DNA from: Gemmatimonadales bacterium
GTDB lineage: Bacteria; Gemmatimonadota; Gemmatimonadetes; Gemmatimonadales; GWC2-71-9
DNA length: 64,000 bases
Assembly (NCBI GenBank): GCA_037189525.1
Contig: JBBCJC010000003.1
Span: forward strand, 608,001 to 672,000
Reading direction: 5' to 3'
Part shown: one piece after another, positions 20,362 to 30,260 of the stretch
Position numbering within the stretch: position 1 is the first letter of the stretch
Layout of the letters: the number at the start of each line of letters is the position of its first letter
Position numbers and translations under genes: made by a program
Notes under the pieces: generated by a model
Told to the model about the DNA's origin: nothing
The model's input: only the letters and a program-made list of their open reading frames with translations
Databases searched by the model: none

Positions 20362-22437
20362 ATGGCCGCCGACATCGAAACGGTCGCGCGCGGATACGCC
20401 AGGGCTCTGGCGTATTTGGGCACTGCCACGGTGGCGGCCATGCTGGTGCTCGATCCGCGCTGGTTCGACGCGCCACTGGTTGCGCTGGCGGTCGCCCTGA
20501 GCTTGTTGGTGCTGCGATCGGCGCCGGTTCGGCTCAGCAAGTTCTCCTATCTGACGCAAACCGGAGTAGCGGCGCTGGTGGCCGCGGTTGCCGCCGCGCC
20601 GTCGACCGCGGTGCTCGGTTTGTTTGCCGGGGTGTTGCTCACCGACTGGGCCGTGCTTCGGAAGACGGCCTGGGCGGCGCTGGTCAACGCGGGGCGGGAA
20701 GTCATTGCCTTTGCAGTGGGTTTCGGCTTCTACGCCCTGGTGCTCGAATCCACCGGGCTCACGGCGATCCACCTCGAGTTCCTCCCCGCCGCCGCGGCGC
20801 TCTGCGCGGCGTACTTCTTTGCCAGCCGGCTCCTGTTCTACTTCTCGCTCCTGCTGCGCAACAAGCTGACGCAGGAGGATCGGTCGTTCCTGCTGCGCTG
20901 GGAAGTGGTCTCGTTCCTGGTGACGGTGCTGGCCACGGCGGTGGTCGTCTGGGCCATTGCCGCGTTGTCACCCATCGGCTGGATTCCCGTTGCGGTTGCC
21001 CTTGGTGTGCTCGGGTATCTGACCCGGTTACTGCTGGAGGAGGCCATTGCGGCCGAGGACCTCAACAAGGTCCATATGATGCAGTCGACCATCACGAGCA
21101 ACGTCAGCCTGCGCCTGTCGTTCGAGCAGTTGGAAGAACTCGCCAATCGCCTCCTCGATTGGGGCGACTTTCGGGTCTATCGAGGCGCCACTGAGCCGGT
21201 GCTCGCATATCGCGCCGAGAACGGTCGACCGGGGCGGCGGGCTCCCGATGCCGGTCTCAATGCGGTGCGGCGGCAGGTGGTCGACACCGGAGAAGCGGCC
21301 ATCATCGACGATACGCGTCAGCGTCCCGGGCTCACCACGTCGCCGGAGATCCGGTCGATCGTGATTCATCCGCTCCGGTTTGCCGATCAGTCGCTTGGCA
21401 CCTTGGAGCTCGAGCACCACAAACGCTATCATTATCGCTCTCGCGACCTTTCGGCCATCGCCGCGATTGCCACGCAGATTTCCACGGCCATCCATATTGC
21501 CGAATTGCGCCGGCCGCTGTTCGATACCGTCGATCAGATCGGCTCGCAGTCACAGGCCCTGGCCCGGGCCGTCAATTCGCTTCGCGCGTCGGCCAATGCG
21601 CTGGCCACGGCGTCCGAGAACATGCGCCGGGAGGCCGCAACCCAGGAAGCGTTTGCCCGGACCGGGCTCGATGCGACCACCCAGCTCTCCTCGCGCGCCG
21701 AGCGGGCAGCCTCGGCCGGCGCCCGGGCGGCGCGGATCAGTCAACGCGCTGCCGGAGACGCCGCCAAGCATCGTTCGGGAATCGAAGAAGCCATCGAACG
21801 CCTGCTCCAGGTGCAGGGCTTCGTCGCCGATAGTTCGCGCCAGGTGGCCTCGCTCGGCGAGACGAACACTCGCATCCAGGGCCTGCTTGACTCGATCCAG
21901 GAACTTGCCGAATTGACCAACCTGATTGCGCTCAATGCCTCGATCGAGGCCACCCGGGCCGGCGACGGCGGGCGCGGGTTTGCCGTCGTGGCCCAGGAAA
22001 TCCAGAAGCTGGCTATCCAGAGCGGTCACACCAGCGAAGAAGCTGGCCGCCTGGTGTCGGATATCGTCCGGAAAACGGCGGGCATCGGCGAGCAGATGGC
22101 TCGCGGGCAGGAACTGGTCGCCGGCGTCGGACAGATGAGCACCGAGGCGGCCCGCGCTCTCGATGCCATCGTCCATGCAACCATCGAGGCCGGTGAGCAT
22201 GCCCGCGCCATTGCCGAATCGGAAGCGGAACAGGAGCAGGGCAGCCGGCGGCTGGCCGATCAGATCCGGCAACTCGCGGAGGCCGCGGTGCGCATGCGCG
22301 GCGAAACGGAGTCGCTGGCGCGCCAGGCTGGCGAAGCGACGCATGGCCAGGCCGACCTCGAGGCCGCGTTGAGCGAACTGCAGCGGGTGGCGGCGGATCT
22401 CAAACAGCTGGCGCGCCATTTCGCGGTGGAGACCTGA
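20362..22437 (+). CDS. Multi-TM + GAF + methyl-accepting signalling domain protein
   Basis: Hydrophobic N-terminal ~220 aa; GAF-like ([15 protein letters not shown]); MCP tip [33 protein letters not shown]. Confidence 0.88.
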   Translation: MAADIETVARGYARALAYLGTATVAAMLVLDPRWFDAPLVALAVALSLLVLRSAPVRLSKFSYLTQTGVAALVAAVAAAPSTAVLGLFAGVLLTDWAVLRKTAWAALVNAGREVIAFAVGFGFYALVLESTGLTAIHLEFLPAAAALCAAYFFASRLLFYFSLLLRNKLTQEDRSFLLRWEVVSFLVTVLATAVVVWAIAALSPIGWIPVAVALGVLGYLTRLLLEEAIAAEDLNKVHMMQSTITSNVSLRLSFEQLEELANRLLDWGDFRVYRGATEPVLAYRAENGRPGRRAPDAGLNAVRRQVVDTGEAAIIDDTRQRPGLTTSPEIRSIVIHPLRFADQSLGTLELEHHKRYHYRSRDLSAIAAIATQISTAIHIAELRRPLFDTVDQIGSQSQALARAVNSLRASANALATASENMRREAATQEAFARTGLDATTQLSSRAERAASAGARAARISQRAAGDAAKHRSGIEEAIERLLQVQGFVADSSRQVASLGETNTRIQGLLDSIQELAELTNLIALNASIEATRAGDGGRGFAVVAQEIQKLAIQSGHTSEEAGRLVSDIVRKTAGIGEQMARGQELVAGVGQMSTEAARALDAIVHATIEAGEHARAIAESEAEQEQGSRRLADQIRQLAEAAVRMRGETESLARQAGEATHGQADLEAALSELQRVAADLKQLARHFAVET

Positions 22438-22440
22438 ATC

Positions 22441-23301
22441 GTGGAACTGGTTCGGACCATCGCACAGCTTCGAGACGCGGTCGGCGGATGGCGCGCCCGC
22501 GGCGAACGCGTGGCATTGGTACCGACGATGGGGGCGCTCCACGAGGGGCACCTGGCGCTGGTCGACGCGGCGCGAGGGCGGACCGCCCGGGTGGTGGCGA
22601 GCGTGTTCGTCAACCCGCTCCAATTCGGACCGACCGAAGACCTGGCTCGGTACCCGCGCAACCTCGAACGGGATCGGGCGCTGCTCGAGGAACGTGGCGT
22701 CGACCTGCTTTACGCACCGAGCGTCGAGGAGATGTACCCCGACTCGGTGCAGGTTACCGTCGAACCGGGTGTGCTTGCCACGTATTGGGACGGTGCGGCC
22801 CGTCCCGCGCACTTTGCCGGCGTGCTGACGGTGGTGGCCAAGCTGTTCAATCAAGTCGGCCCCGACGTGGCGGTCTTCGGCCAGAAGGATTTTCAACAGG
22901 TCACCGTGATCGGCCGGATGATTCGGGATCTGAACTGGCCGATCGAACTGATCGTGGCGCCGACGGTTCGCGAAGCCGACGGCCTGGCGCTGAGCAGCCG
23001 GAATGTGTACCTGACACCGGCCGATCGGATCGAAGCCCGCCGCCTCTCTGCCGCGCTCCGCGAGATGCAGCGGGCATGGGAGGCAGGGGAATCCGACCCT
23101 GGACGGCTCGAAGTACTCGGCCGAGGCGTACTCGAGGCGGGCCAGGGGATCGTGGTCGACTATGTCGCGGTGGTAGATCCGGCCACGCTGCAGCAACCGA
23201 AACGTGCCGACCAAGCGTCCGTCGTGCTGATCGCCGCGCGGGTCGGGACCACTCGGCTGATCGACAACGCGGCGTTGGGTCGCCCGCTGGATCGTCTCTG
23301 A
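22441..23301 (+). CDS. panC: Pantoate--beta-alanine ligase
   Basis: VPTMGALHEGH, FVNPLQF, FGQKDFQQ, GLALSSRN, RLIDN. Confidence 0.97.
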   Translation: MELVRTIAQLRDAVGGWRARGERVALVPTMGALHEGHLALVDAARGRTARVVASVFVNPLQFGPTEDLARYPRNLERDRALLEERGVDLLYAPSVEEMYPDSVQVTVEPGVLATYWDGAARPAHFAGVLTVVAKLFNQVGPDVAVFGQKDFQQVTVIGRMIRDLNWPIELIVAPTVREADGLALSSRNVYLTPADRIEARRLSAALREMQRAWEAGESDPGRLEVLGRGVLEAGQGIVVDYVAVVDPATLQQPKRADQASVVLIAARVGTTRLIDNAALGRPLDRL

Positions 23302-23864
23302 TGTATCACACCGCTACCGATCCGCGTCTTCCTCCCTGGGCTTGCGTCGGCGAACGGCGCCTGGAGCACATTCGGCGAGTCTCGGATCTAGTCGAAAGCT
23401 GGGCCGATGCGATGCGCATCGATCCGGGCGAACGCCTCCGCTGGCTGCGCGCCGTCTGGCTGCATGATGCGCTTCGCGATGCGGACCCGTCGGTTCTGAT
23501 CAACGAAGGTGGAGACGGAGCCGGGGTTCTGTTGCCCGAGGTGCTGCATGGTCCCGCTGCCGCTCATCGGGCCGAGCGGGAGGGTGAGCGCGACCGGGGC
23601 ATTCTCGATGCCGTTCGCTATCACTCGGTCGGCTATGCGGACTGGGAGCTGGTTGGCCGAGTGCTCTATGCGGCGGACTTTCTCGAACCGGGGCGGTCGT
23701 TCGATCGCGCTGAGCGGGCGGCGCTGGCCGAGCGATTCCCGGCCGATCCCGATGGTGTCTTTCGCGAGGTGGTTCGGCGCCGGCTTGCCTACATCGTGCG
23801 CGAGGGTTGGAGCATTCCCGAACCGACCGTCCGTCTCTGGAATCATCTCACCGCATCGGCCTGA
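23301..23864 (+). CDS. yqeK: HD-domain hydrolase, YqeK-like (Ap4A hydrolase family)
   Basis: RLEHIRRV, WLHDALR, LHGPAAA, AVRYHSVG, LYAADFLEPGR; ATG overlaps panC stop. Confidence 0.8.
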   Translation: MYHTATDPRLPPWACVGERRLEHIRRVSDLVESWADAMRIDPGERLRWLRAVWLHDALRDADPSVLINEGGDGAGVLLPEVLHGPAAAHRAEREGERDRGILDAVRYHSVGYADWELVGRVLYAADFLEPGRSFDRAERAALAERFPADPDGVFREVVRRRLAYIVREGWSIPEPTVRLWNHLTASA

Positions 23865-23866
23865 TC
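23769..23866 (+). repeat. Left copy of diverged direct repeat (yqeK 3' end / lytR 5' end)
   Basis: Ungapped match to 32559-32656, 84/98 nt by hand count. Confidence 0.93.
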
Positions 23867-24021
23867 CTCTCGGTCGCGCTCGCCTCAGTTGCTCGCGTCG
23901 TCCGAGGACAGCAGGACATGGTAGGAGCGCGTGGCGGCTCGGCTTGATCATCTCGGCTGCGCTCGCCTCAGTTGCTCGCGTCGTCCGAGGGTAGCAGGAC
24001 ATGGCGGGAGCGCGTGACGTC
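23856..24021 (+). repeat. 83-bp tandem duplication (2 copies)
   Basis: 23856-23938 vs 23939-24021, about 10 mismatches; shared core GCGCTCGCCTCAGTTGCTCGCGTCGTCCGAGG. Confidence 0.93.
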
Positions 24022-24139
24022 GCCAGACCCCCCGGCGACACCAGGGAGGGCCATTGCCCGTAAGGAGAAGTATCGTTCCGGTCTGACGCCTAGTTCCGGG
24101 CAGCCGGGTCCGAACTCACTCGCACTCTCGGGAAAGCTC

Positions 24140-25108
24140 ATGATCCTCCTCGCCGCCGCTCTCACGATGGTGACCGCCGCGACCCCGCAACCCGCCGGAC
24201 CGGTGCTCGTCGTCGTCAACAAGCCTGCCAGCACCGTCTCCGTGGTGGCGCTCACCTCCGGGAAGATTCTGGCGACGCTGCCCACCGGGAACGGACCGCA
24301 TGAGGTGGCTGCCTCCGCCGATGGACGTTGGGCGGTGGTCACCGACTACGGGGCCCAGACGCCCGGTTCGTCGCTCACGGTCGTGGACCTGCGAACCCTG
24401 ACCGTGGCGCGCACGATCCCGCTGCCCGCCAACCCGCGTCCGCACGGGGTCTGGTTCCTTCCCGACAACGTCACGGTCGCGATCTCATCCGAAGCGAGCC
24501 AGTCGGTCGTGCTCGTCGACGCCGCCCGTGGCGCCATCACGCGCACGGTGCCCACCGGGCAGGCGCTGAGCCACATGGTGGCGGTCTCGCGCGACGGGAA
24601 GCGGGGGTATACCGCCAACATCACGCCTGGTACGCTGAGCGCCGTCGATCTCGAGACGCCGGGCGAGCCCAGGGTGCTCAAGGTGGGCACCATGACCGAG
24701 GCGATCAACATCACCCCGGCCAACGATCAGGCCTGGCTGGGCAGCAACAACACCGGCAAAGTGTACGTCGTCGATCTGGCTCGCTGGCAGGTGATCGATT
24801 CGCTGCAGACGAGTGGGTTCCCGTACCGGATCGGCTTCACGCCCGACGGCGCCACCGCGATCGTCACGAATCCGCAGCAGGACGAAGTCCAGGTGATCGA
24901 CGCGAAGACCCGTGCCAAGCTGGCCACCATGCCGGTGAGCGGCGGGCCGATGGGTGTCGCAATCGCGCCGGACGGTTCGGTGGCATGGATCACGCTGGCG
25001 GGCGCGGGCGAGGTGGCCGAGATAGATCTCCGCGCCCACACGGTGCGCCGGCGGTTTGCGGCGGGGGTGGGGCCCGACGGCATCGCGTACGCCGTACCGG
25101 CGCGCTGA
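24140..25108 (+). CDS. Secreted YncE/YVTN-type beta-propeller protein
   Basis: Signal-like N-terminus; repeated blades (TGNGPHEVAASADG, GFPYRIGFTPDG, GGPMGVAIAPDG). Confidence 0.85.
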   Translation: MILLAAALTMVTAATPQPAGPVLVVVNKPASTVSVVALTSGKILATLPTGNGPHEVAASADGRWAVVTDYGAQTPGSSLTVVDLRTLTVARTIPLPANPRPHGVWFLPDNVTVAISSEASQSVVLVDAARGAITRTVPTGQALSHMVAVSRDGKRGYTANITPGTLSAVDLETPGEPRVLKVGTMTEAINITPANDQAWLGSNNTGKVYVVDLARWQVIDSLQTSGFPYRIGFTPDGATAIVTNPQQDEVQVIDAKTRAKLATMPVSGGPMGVAIAPDGSVAWITLAGAGEVAEIDLRAHTVRRRFAAGVGPDGIAYAVPAR

Positions 25109-25121
25109 GCTGCAGCCGGAG

Positions 25122-25157
25122 TCCGCCGGCGCCACCGTGTATCGTGGTGCCGGCGGA
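25122..25157. terminator. Hairpin between convergent yncE-like and DUF4242 genes
   Basis: TCCGCCGGCGCCAC-N8-GTGGTGCCGGCGGA inverted repeat. Confidence 0.6.
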
Positions 25158-25177
25158 TTCGGAACGAGCGGGATCGG

Positions 25178-25444
25178 CTATCGGAACATCGTGGGGTTGA
25201 TCTCGAGGGTCACTTCCGAGATCCGATCGACCGGGAGCCCTGCGCGCCTGGCGTGCTCCAGAACCGATTTCCGGTCCGGCGCGTCATACTCGCAGTAGAT
25301 CTTTCCCTCCGTATCGGACACATAGCTGCGGATCCATACGACGCCCGGCATCTCGCTGATCACCGCGTTGGATTTTCGCCCGGCTGCTTCGAGTTCCTCG
25401 CGTGTCAGGCTGCCGACGGTCCGTTCGATGATGTAGCGGGTCAT
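25178..25444 (-). CDS. DUF4242 (SCO4226-like) small protein
   Basis: RYIIER..GVVWIRSYVS..KIYCEYDAP..VLEHARRAGLPVDRISEV; RBS GAGGAGGGA. Confidence 0.85.
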   Translation of the reverse strand: MTRYIIERTVGSLTREELEAAGRKSNAVISEMPGVVWIRSYVSDTEGKIYCEYDAPDRKSVLEHARRAGLPVDRISEVTLEINPTMFR

Positions 25445-25463
25445 GATCCCTCCTCGCTCAGGG

Positions 25464-28400
25464 TCACCAGGTGGAGATACGGCGCAGTCGCTCGCATGCG
25501 ACGGTTAGTTCCGCGTCTTCGGATTCGTTCGCGATCAGCCCTGCCTGTTCCAACCGTTCCGCCGCCTGTTCGGTCCGGCCGTCCATCAGGCCGGTCTTCG
25601 CGAGCGCATGGAGCATCCAGCCCTCGCCGCGGCGGTCGCCGAGGGCGCGGCGGAGTTCGAGCGAGCGGCCATAGCACTCCTCCGCCCGCCGGACATTTCC
25701 TTGTTCGATCAGGACATCGCCGAGCGCGGCGAGCGCATGGGCTTCGAGGAGGCGTTCGCCCGAGCGCTGATTCACCAGGACCGCTTCGTCCAGCCGCTCA
25801 CGGGCCTGGTCCCACCGCTCCATCGCCGAGAGGGTGACGCCGATGCTGTTGAGGATCAGCCCGGTGTGCGCCGGGTCGTCGCCGTCGCGATACACGGCGA
25901 GCGCGCGCTCGTATTGTTCGAGGGCGGCGGCGTATTCCCGCCGGCTCCACTCGAGGATCCCGATCGTGTTGCGCAGCCGTCCTTCGGCAGGCCGGTCGCC
26001 CAGCGCGAGCGCCAGTTCGAGCGCGCTATGGTAGTGCGGCAGTGCGAGCGACGGCTCCGGCAACTGACGGCGGGTATTTCTGCCGAGCCCTTCCAGTGCC
26101 TCCAGTTCGCCGGCCCGATTGCGGACCTGCCGGGAGAGCGCGGCTGCCTTACTCCAGGCGGTCATTGCTCCAGCGCTGTCTCCCAACTGCTCCCGCGCGG
26201 CGGCGACCTTGCCCCAGACCAGGGCTTCATTCTCGGCGTCTTTGAGCTGGGCAAACACGCCGGCTGCCTCGTCCAGACTTCCCGCCGCGGCGCCGGCGCG
26301 TCCCAGGCCGAGCAGGACTTCGCCCTGGATCCGCAGCGACTGGGCCAGCCCGGGGGCGTACTTTGCCTTGCGGGTCAGGTCGACCGCTTCCTGATAGTAT
26401 CGCAGGCTCTCCCCGATGTCGCCGTCGAGCAGGTGGACGTGCGCAACGGAGGTGTAGTGATAGGAGAGTTGGATCGGGAGCCGCTTCTCGAGCGCGGTTT
26501 CGCCCGCGCGATGGAGGCAGGCGAGGGCCAGGGTGCGGTCGCCCCGCTCGCGATGGATGTTGGCCAGGTGGTGCAACGCATAGACCCGCTTGATCGAGAT
26601 CTCGTCCTCGACTGATCCCGCCTCGCCTGCCGTCGCGTCTTCCGAGTAGCCGAGTGCTTCCTCGAGCGCGGCCTGGGCCGATTCGTGCCGACCAAGCGAC
26701 CTGAGGATCGCGCCGAGATTGGTGAGGTCGCCCACCAGGCCGACGATGTCCTGCCGCTGGCGGTCGATCCGGAGGGTCTGCTCGACCAGCGCGAGCGCGT
26801 CCTCGTTCCGCTCCTCGTGCCAGCGCAGCAAGCCGAGGCTCCGGAGCGTGTTACGCTCGCCGACGGGGTCGCTCAGCGCGCGGCGGATTCGGAGGGAGCG
26901 TTCGAGCGCGGCTTCGGCCTCGTCGAACCGGCGGAGCAGGGTGTAGAGATCGCCCTGGCGAAGATATGTCTCGGCCAGCCGATCCTGGTCCCGCTCGGGC
27001 TCGAGCAGCGCGATCAGCTCGTCGATCAGCTGCTGTTGCCGGGCGCGATGGCCCAAGGTTTCGCAGAGGCGTTCCTGACGGAGCAGAAGGTCGATCTGCA
27101 CGTTGCGCCGTTCGGACCCGCGCGGCAGCTTGGCCAGCCAGCGCTGAGTGCGCTCGAGGATCTGGAGCGCTTCGGGAAACTGCGCCAGCTGGCTGGTCCG
27201 TTCCGCGGCGCGGAGCCCGTAGCGGACCGCTTTCTCCCACACCTCGGCGCGGCTGAAGTGGTGCGCCAGCCGCTCCAGATGCTCCTCGGGCTGATGCTCG
27301 TACAGCGTCTCGATGACCGTGCCCACCTTGCCATGCAGCTCGCGCCGCTGGTGCTCCAGCAGGCTGCCGTACGCAACCTCCTGGGTCAGGATGTGCTTGA
27401 ACCGATAGACCGGCTCTCGGCCGCCCCGCGTCTGCTGGATCACACCGGCCGCCGTGAGCGTGTCCAGCGCTGCGGGCACCGACTCCCGCTCGACCGTGGC
27501 GAGATCGAGGACACCGCGGGTGAACTCCCGTCCCACCACCGAGGCGAGACGCAATACGCCCCGCGCGCTTCGATCGATCCGGTCGAGCCGGGCGCGGATT
27601 ACCGCCTGGACGGAGTCGGGAAGGTCGAGCGTCTCGAGCGGTCCTGCCAGCCGCGCAGCAGCGCCGTCTACGCGGATCGAGCCGTCCTCGAGCAGGGCCT
27701 GGCAGATCTCTTCCAGGAAGAAGGGGTTGCCGCCGGTGCGCTCGTGCAGCAGGGCTCCGAGTTCGTCCGGGAAATGGTCGATGCAGAGGAGTGAACGTAG
27801 TAGCGTCGTCGTGGCCTCGGGCTCGAGCGGACGGAGTGCGATTGTGGTATGCAAGCTCGGGTCGCCCAACGCCACGCCGTAGCCCGGCCGGCTGGTGACG
27901 AGTACCAGGATAGGGTAGCCCGAGACCACATCGGCGAGACCTTTCAGCACCGCGTGCGACGCGTCGTCCGCCCAGTGCCAATCCTCGAGGAGCAACACCA
28001 ACGGCCGAGTCGCCGCGCTCGCGGTGAGGAACTCGACCAGGGCGTCCTGCGTGGCAAGCCGAAGCGCGTCGCCCTGGAGGTGCTTGGGCACCGGGTGGCG
28101 GGGGCTCCGAATAGAGAGCAGGTGGAGGTAGAGCGGGAGAAACTCCTCCAGCTCGGCTGCCAGCTCCCGGATTCTCCCAACGGCTTGCTCGGGCGAGACC
28201 TCCGTGTCGCCCAGGCCGATGGCGCTGCGCAGGATGTCGATGAAGGGCAGATAGGCGGCCGCGCTCCCGTACGATTGGCATCGGCCGGTCAGCACGGTCG
28301 CCTCCCGGTCGTCCAGCTGCTGGTGCAGCTCGTAGAGAAGCCGGCTCTTGCCCATGCCCGGCTCGCCCATGATGAGGACGATCTGGCCCTCGCCGCCCTG

Positions 28401-30260
28401 CGCTGCAGCCAGCGATCGGCGCAACGCCGCCAGTTCCGTCTCACGCCCCGTGTAGGCGGTGAGACCGATCTTCTCCGCAGCTTCCATGCGGGTGCGGAGC
28501 CCGGACTCTCCGATCACCCGATGGGGTACCAGGGTGTGCTTGCGGTCGCGGACGGCGAGCGGAGGTTCCGCCACGGTCTCGAAGAACGGCGCAATCAGAT
28601 GATGGCACTCCGGCGTGATCCAGAGCGCACCAGGCGGAGCCTCGTCGGCCAGGCGCGCGGCGAGTTGTGCCGGCGGGCCGACGATTCGATAGGTGCGGCC
28701 GTCGGGTCCGCCCGGATGCGCCACCACGCGCCCGGTGTCGATCCCGCTGTGGAGCGCGAGAGGCGGCCCGCCTCGGCCTTCCACCTGGCGGCTCAGCTCG
28801 GACACCCGGAGGCTGAGTTCGCGCGCGGCGCGGACGGCACGGACGGCGTCGTCTTCCTGCACCACCGGAATCCCGAAGAGCATCGTCAACTCGGCGCCGG
28901 CCTGGTGGTCGAGATACCCGCCGTGCCGGGTCGCCACCAGCGCTGCATCCTCGTGGACGCGGGCCATCACGGCGTCTACCTCGGCAGGGACCAGGGTCTC
29001 CACCAGGGCGTCGAATCCCGAGAGCACGGCGGCAACGATGGTGAGCTGGCGTCGGTCTCCGTCGGGAGGCGTTTCCGCAGGCGGGCTGTTTGGAGCATCG
29101 GTTGCTTCAGCGATAGGTCGCTTGCTTCGCATCGAGTCGGCCCCGGTGGTCGGCGCGCCGGCGGTTTCGAGCGCATCGGCCATCGCGGCGGCGCTTGGGA
29201 AGCGCTCTCCGGGTGCCTTCGCGAGCGCCCGCATCGTCATCTGCTCGAGTGTGAGCGGGACGCCCGGCTGCGCAGCGCCGAGCGGTACCGGATCGGCGCT
29301 GATGATGGCGTCGAGGAGTGCCCGGTCGGATGGTGCGACGAACGGGCGGCGTCCCGCGAGCATTTCGTACAGCACCACACCGAGCGACCAGAGATCTGTG
29401 CGCTCGTCGATTGCGTCGCCGCGGGCCTGCTCCGGGCTCATGTAGGCCGGCGTGCCGGGCGTGGTGTCCGGGTTCGTGACGCTGACATCCATCAGCTTTG
29501 CCACCCCGAAGTCCACGATCTTGACCAGCCCGCCGGCGGTGAGCATCAGATTCGCGGGCTTGATGTCGCGATGGATGATCCCGCGCGCGTGTGCCGCGGC
29601 CAGGCCGCGCGCCACCTGCCGCGCGATGTCGGCCGCCTGCTCGGCGGGAAGGGGACCGGCAGCGATCCGCTGGTGCAGTGTCTCGCCCTCGTAGTACGGC
29701 ATCGCGAGGTAGAGCTGGCCTTCGTCGGTCTCGCCGATCTCATAGATCGTGCAGACGTTCGGATGGTCGAGCGCCGCGGCCGCCTGCGCCTCCAGCCGGA
29801 ATCGCTCCGCGGCGCGCGGGTCGGCGCCCAGGTGAAACGGAAGGAACTTGAGAGCGACCAGGCGGTCGAGCTGGCGGTCGCGGGCCCGGTACACGACGCC
29901 CATTCCCCCGCCGGCCAGCTTCCCGAGCATCTCGTAGCGCGCGATGCGATACGGCCCCGGCTGGGTCGGTTCGGCGGAGGTGGCAGATGGCGCGAGTGAC
30001 GTCGCCAGCTCCGCGGCGGACCCGTCGAGCAGGCTGGCCCGGTCGTGCGCGGCGAGCAGCGAGACGACTTCATCGCGGAGGCCGGGCTCGTTGCGGCAGG
30101 CGCGCTCGAGAAAGTCGGTTCGTTCGTCGGGCGTAAGCTCGGCAGCGGCGGCAAAGACGCGCTCGACGTCCGGCCAGGCGGGAGCGGGGGCCCGCGGTGC
30201 GGGCCGGCCGATCAGGCGCCCGAGTGCGAGCCAGAGCCGCCGGGCCGCCGAGTCGCTCAC
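25464..30260 (-). CDS. Ser/Thr kinase + degenerate class III cyclase + STAND ATPase + TPR protein (~1598 aa)
   Basis: GGGMGVVY, VALK, HRDIKPAN, DFG, YMSPE; cyclase-like RRQLTIV..EDDAVRAVRAA..GIDTG..LAARL; Walker A GEPGMGKS, Walker B LLLEDWHWAD, GGNPFFLEE; ~500 aa of TPRs; GTG 30260 overlaps the sigma stop. Confidence 0.92.
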   Translation of the reverse strand: MSDSAARRLWLALGRLIGRPAPRAPAPAWPDVERVFAAAAELTPDERTDFLERACRNEPGLRDEVVSLLAAHDRASLLDGSAAELATSLAPSATSAEPTQPGPYRIARYEMLGKLAGGGMGVVYRARDRQLDRLVALKFLPFHLGADPRAAERFRLEAQAAAALDHPNVCTIYEIGETDEGQLYLAMPYYEGETLHQRIAAGPLPAEQAADIARQVARGLAAAHARGIIHRDIKPANLMLTAGGLVKIVDFGVAKLMDVSVTNPDTTPGTPAYMSPEQARGDAIDERTDLWSLGVVLYEMLAGRRPFVAPSDRALLDAIISADPVPLGAAQPGVPLTLEQMTMRALAKAPGERFPSAAAMADALETAGAPTTGADSMRSKRPIAEATDAPNSPPAETPPDGDRRQLTIVAAVLSGFDALVETLVPAEVDAVMARVHEDAALVATRHGGYLDHQAGAELTMLFGIPVVQEDDAVRAVRAARELSLRVSELSRQVEGRGGPPLALHSGIDTGRVVAHPGGPDGRTYRIVGPPAQLAARLADEAPPGALWITPECHHLIAPFFETVAEPPLAVRDRKHTLVPHRVIGESGLRTRMEAAEKIGLTAYTGRETELAALRRSLAAAQGGEGQIVLIMGEPGMGKSRLLYELHQQLDDREATVLTGRCQSYGSAAAYLPFIDILRSAIGLGDTEVSPEQAVGRIRELAAELEEFLPLYLHLLSIRSPRHPVPKHLQGDALRLATQDALVEFLTASAATRPLVLLLEDWHWADDASHAVLKGLADVVSGYPILVLVTSRPGYGVALGDPSLHTTIALRPLEPEATTTLLRSLLCIDHFPDELGALLHERTGGNPFFLEEICQALLEDGSIRVDGAAARLAGPLETLDLPDSVQAVIRARLDRIDRSARGVLRLASVVGREFTRGVLDLATVERESVPAALDTLTAAGVIQQTRGGREPVYRFKHILTQEVAYGSLLEHQRRELHGKVGTVIETLYEHQPEEHLERLAHHFSRAEVWEKAVRYGLRAAERTSQLAQFPEALQILERTQRWLAKLPRGSERRNVQIDLLLRQERLCETLGHRARQQQLIDELIALLEPERDQDRLAETYLRQGDLYTLLRRFDEAEAALERSLRIRRALSDPVGERNTLRSLGLLRWHEERNEDALALVEQTLRIDRQRQDIVGLVGDLTNLGAILRSLGRHESAQAALEEALGYSEDATAGEAGSVEDEISIKRVYALHHLANIHRERGDRTLALACLHRAGETALEKRLPIQLSYHYTSVAHVHLLDGDIGESLRYYQEAVDLTRKAKYAPGLAQSLRIQGEVLLGLGRAGAAAGSLDEAAGVFAQLKDAENEALVWGKVAAAREQLGDSAGAMTAWSKAAALSRQVRNRAGELEALEGLGRNTRRQLPEPSLALPHYHSALELALALGDRPAEGRLRNTIGILEWSRREYAAALEQYERALAVYRDGDDPAHTGLILNSIGVTLSAMERWDQARERLDEAVLVNQRSGERLLEAHALAALGDVLIEQGNVRRAEECYGRSLELRRALGDRRGEGWMLHALAKTGLMDGRTEQAAERLEQAGLIANESEDAELTVACERLRRISTW

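Noticed and set aside
23856..24021. CRISPR array
   Set aside because: Two contiguous 83-bp units with no unique spacers; no cas genes and no array seen elsewhere in the window
25464..30260. Calling the STAND protein a known Avs or NACHT anti-phage system
   Set aside because: The ATPase is of the cyclase-associated type, there is no nuclease/TIR/SIR2 effector and no neighbouring defence genes; defence remains only a hypothesis
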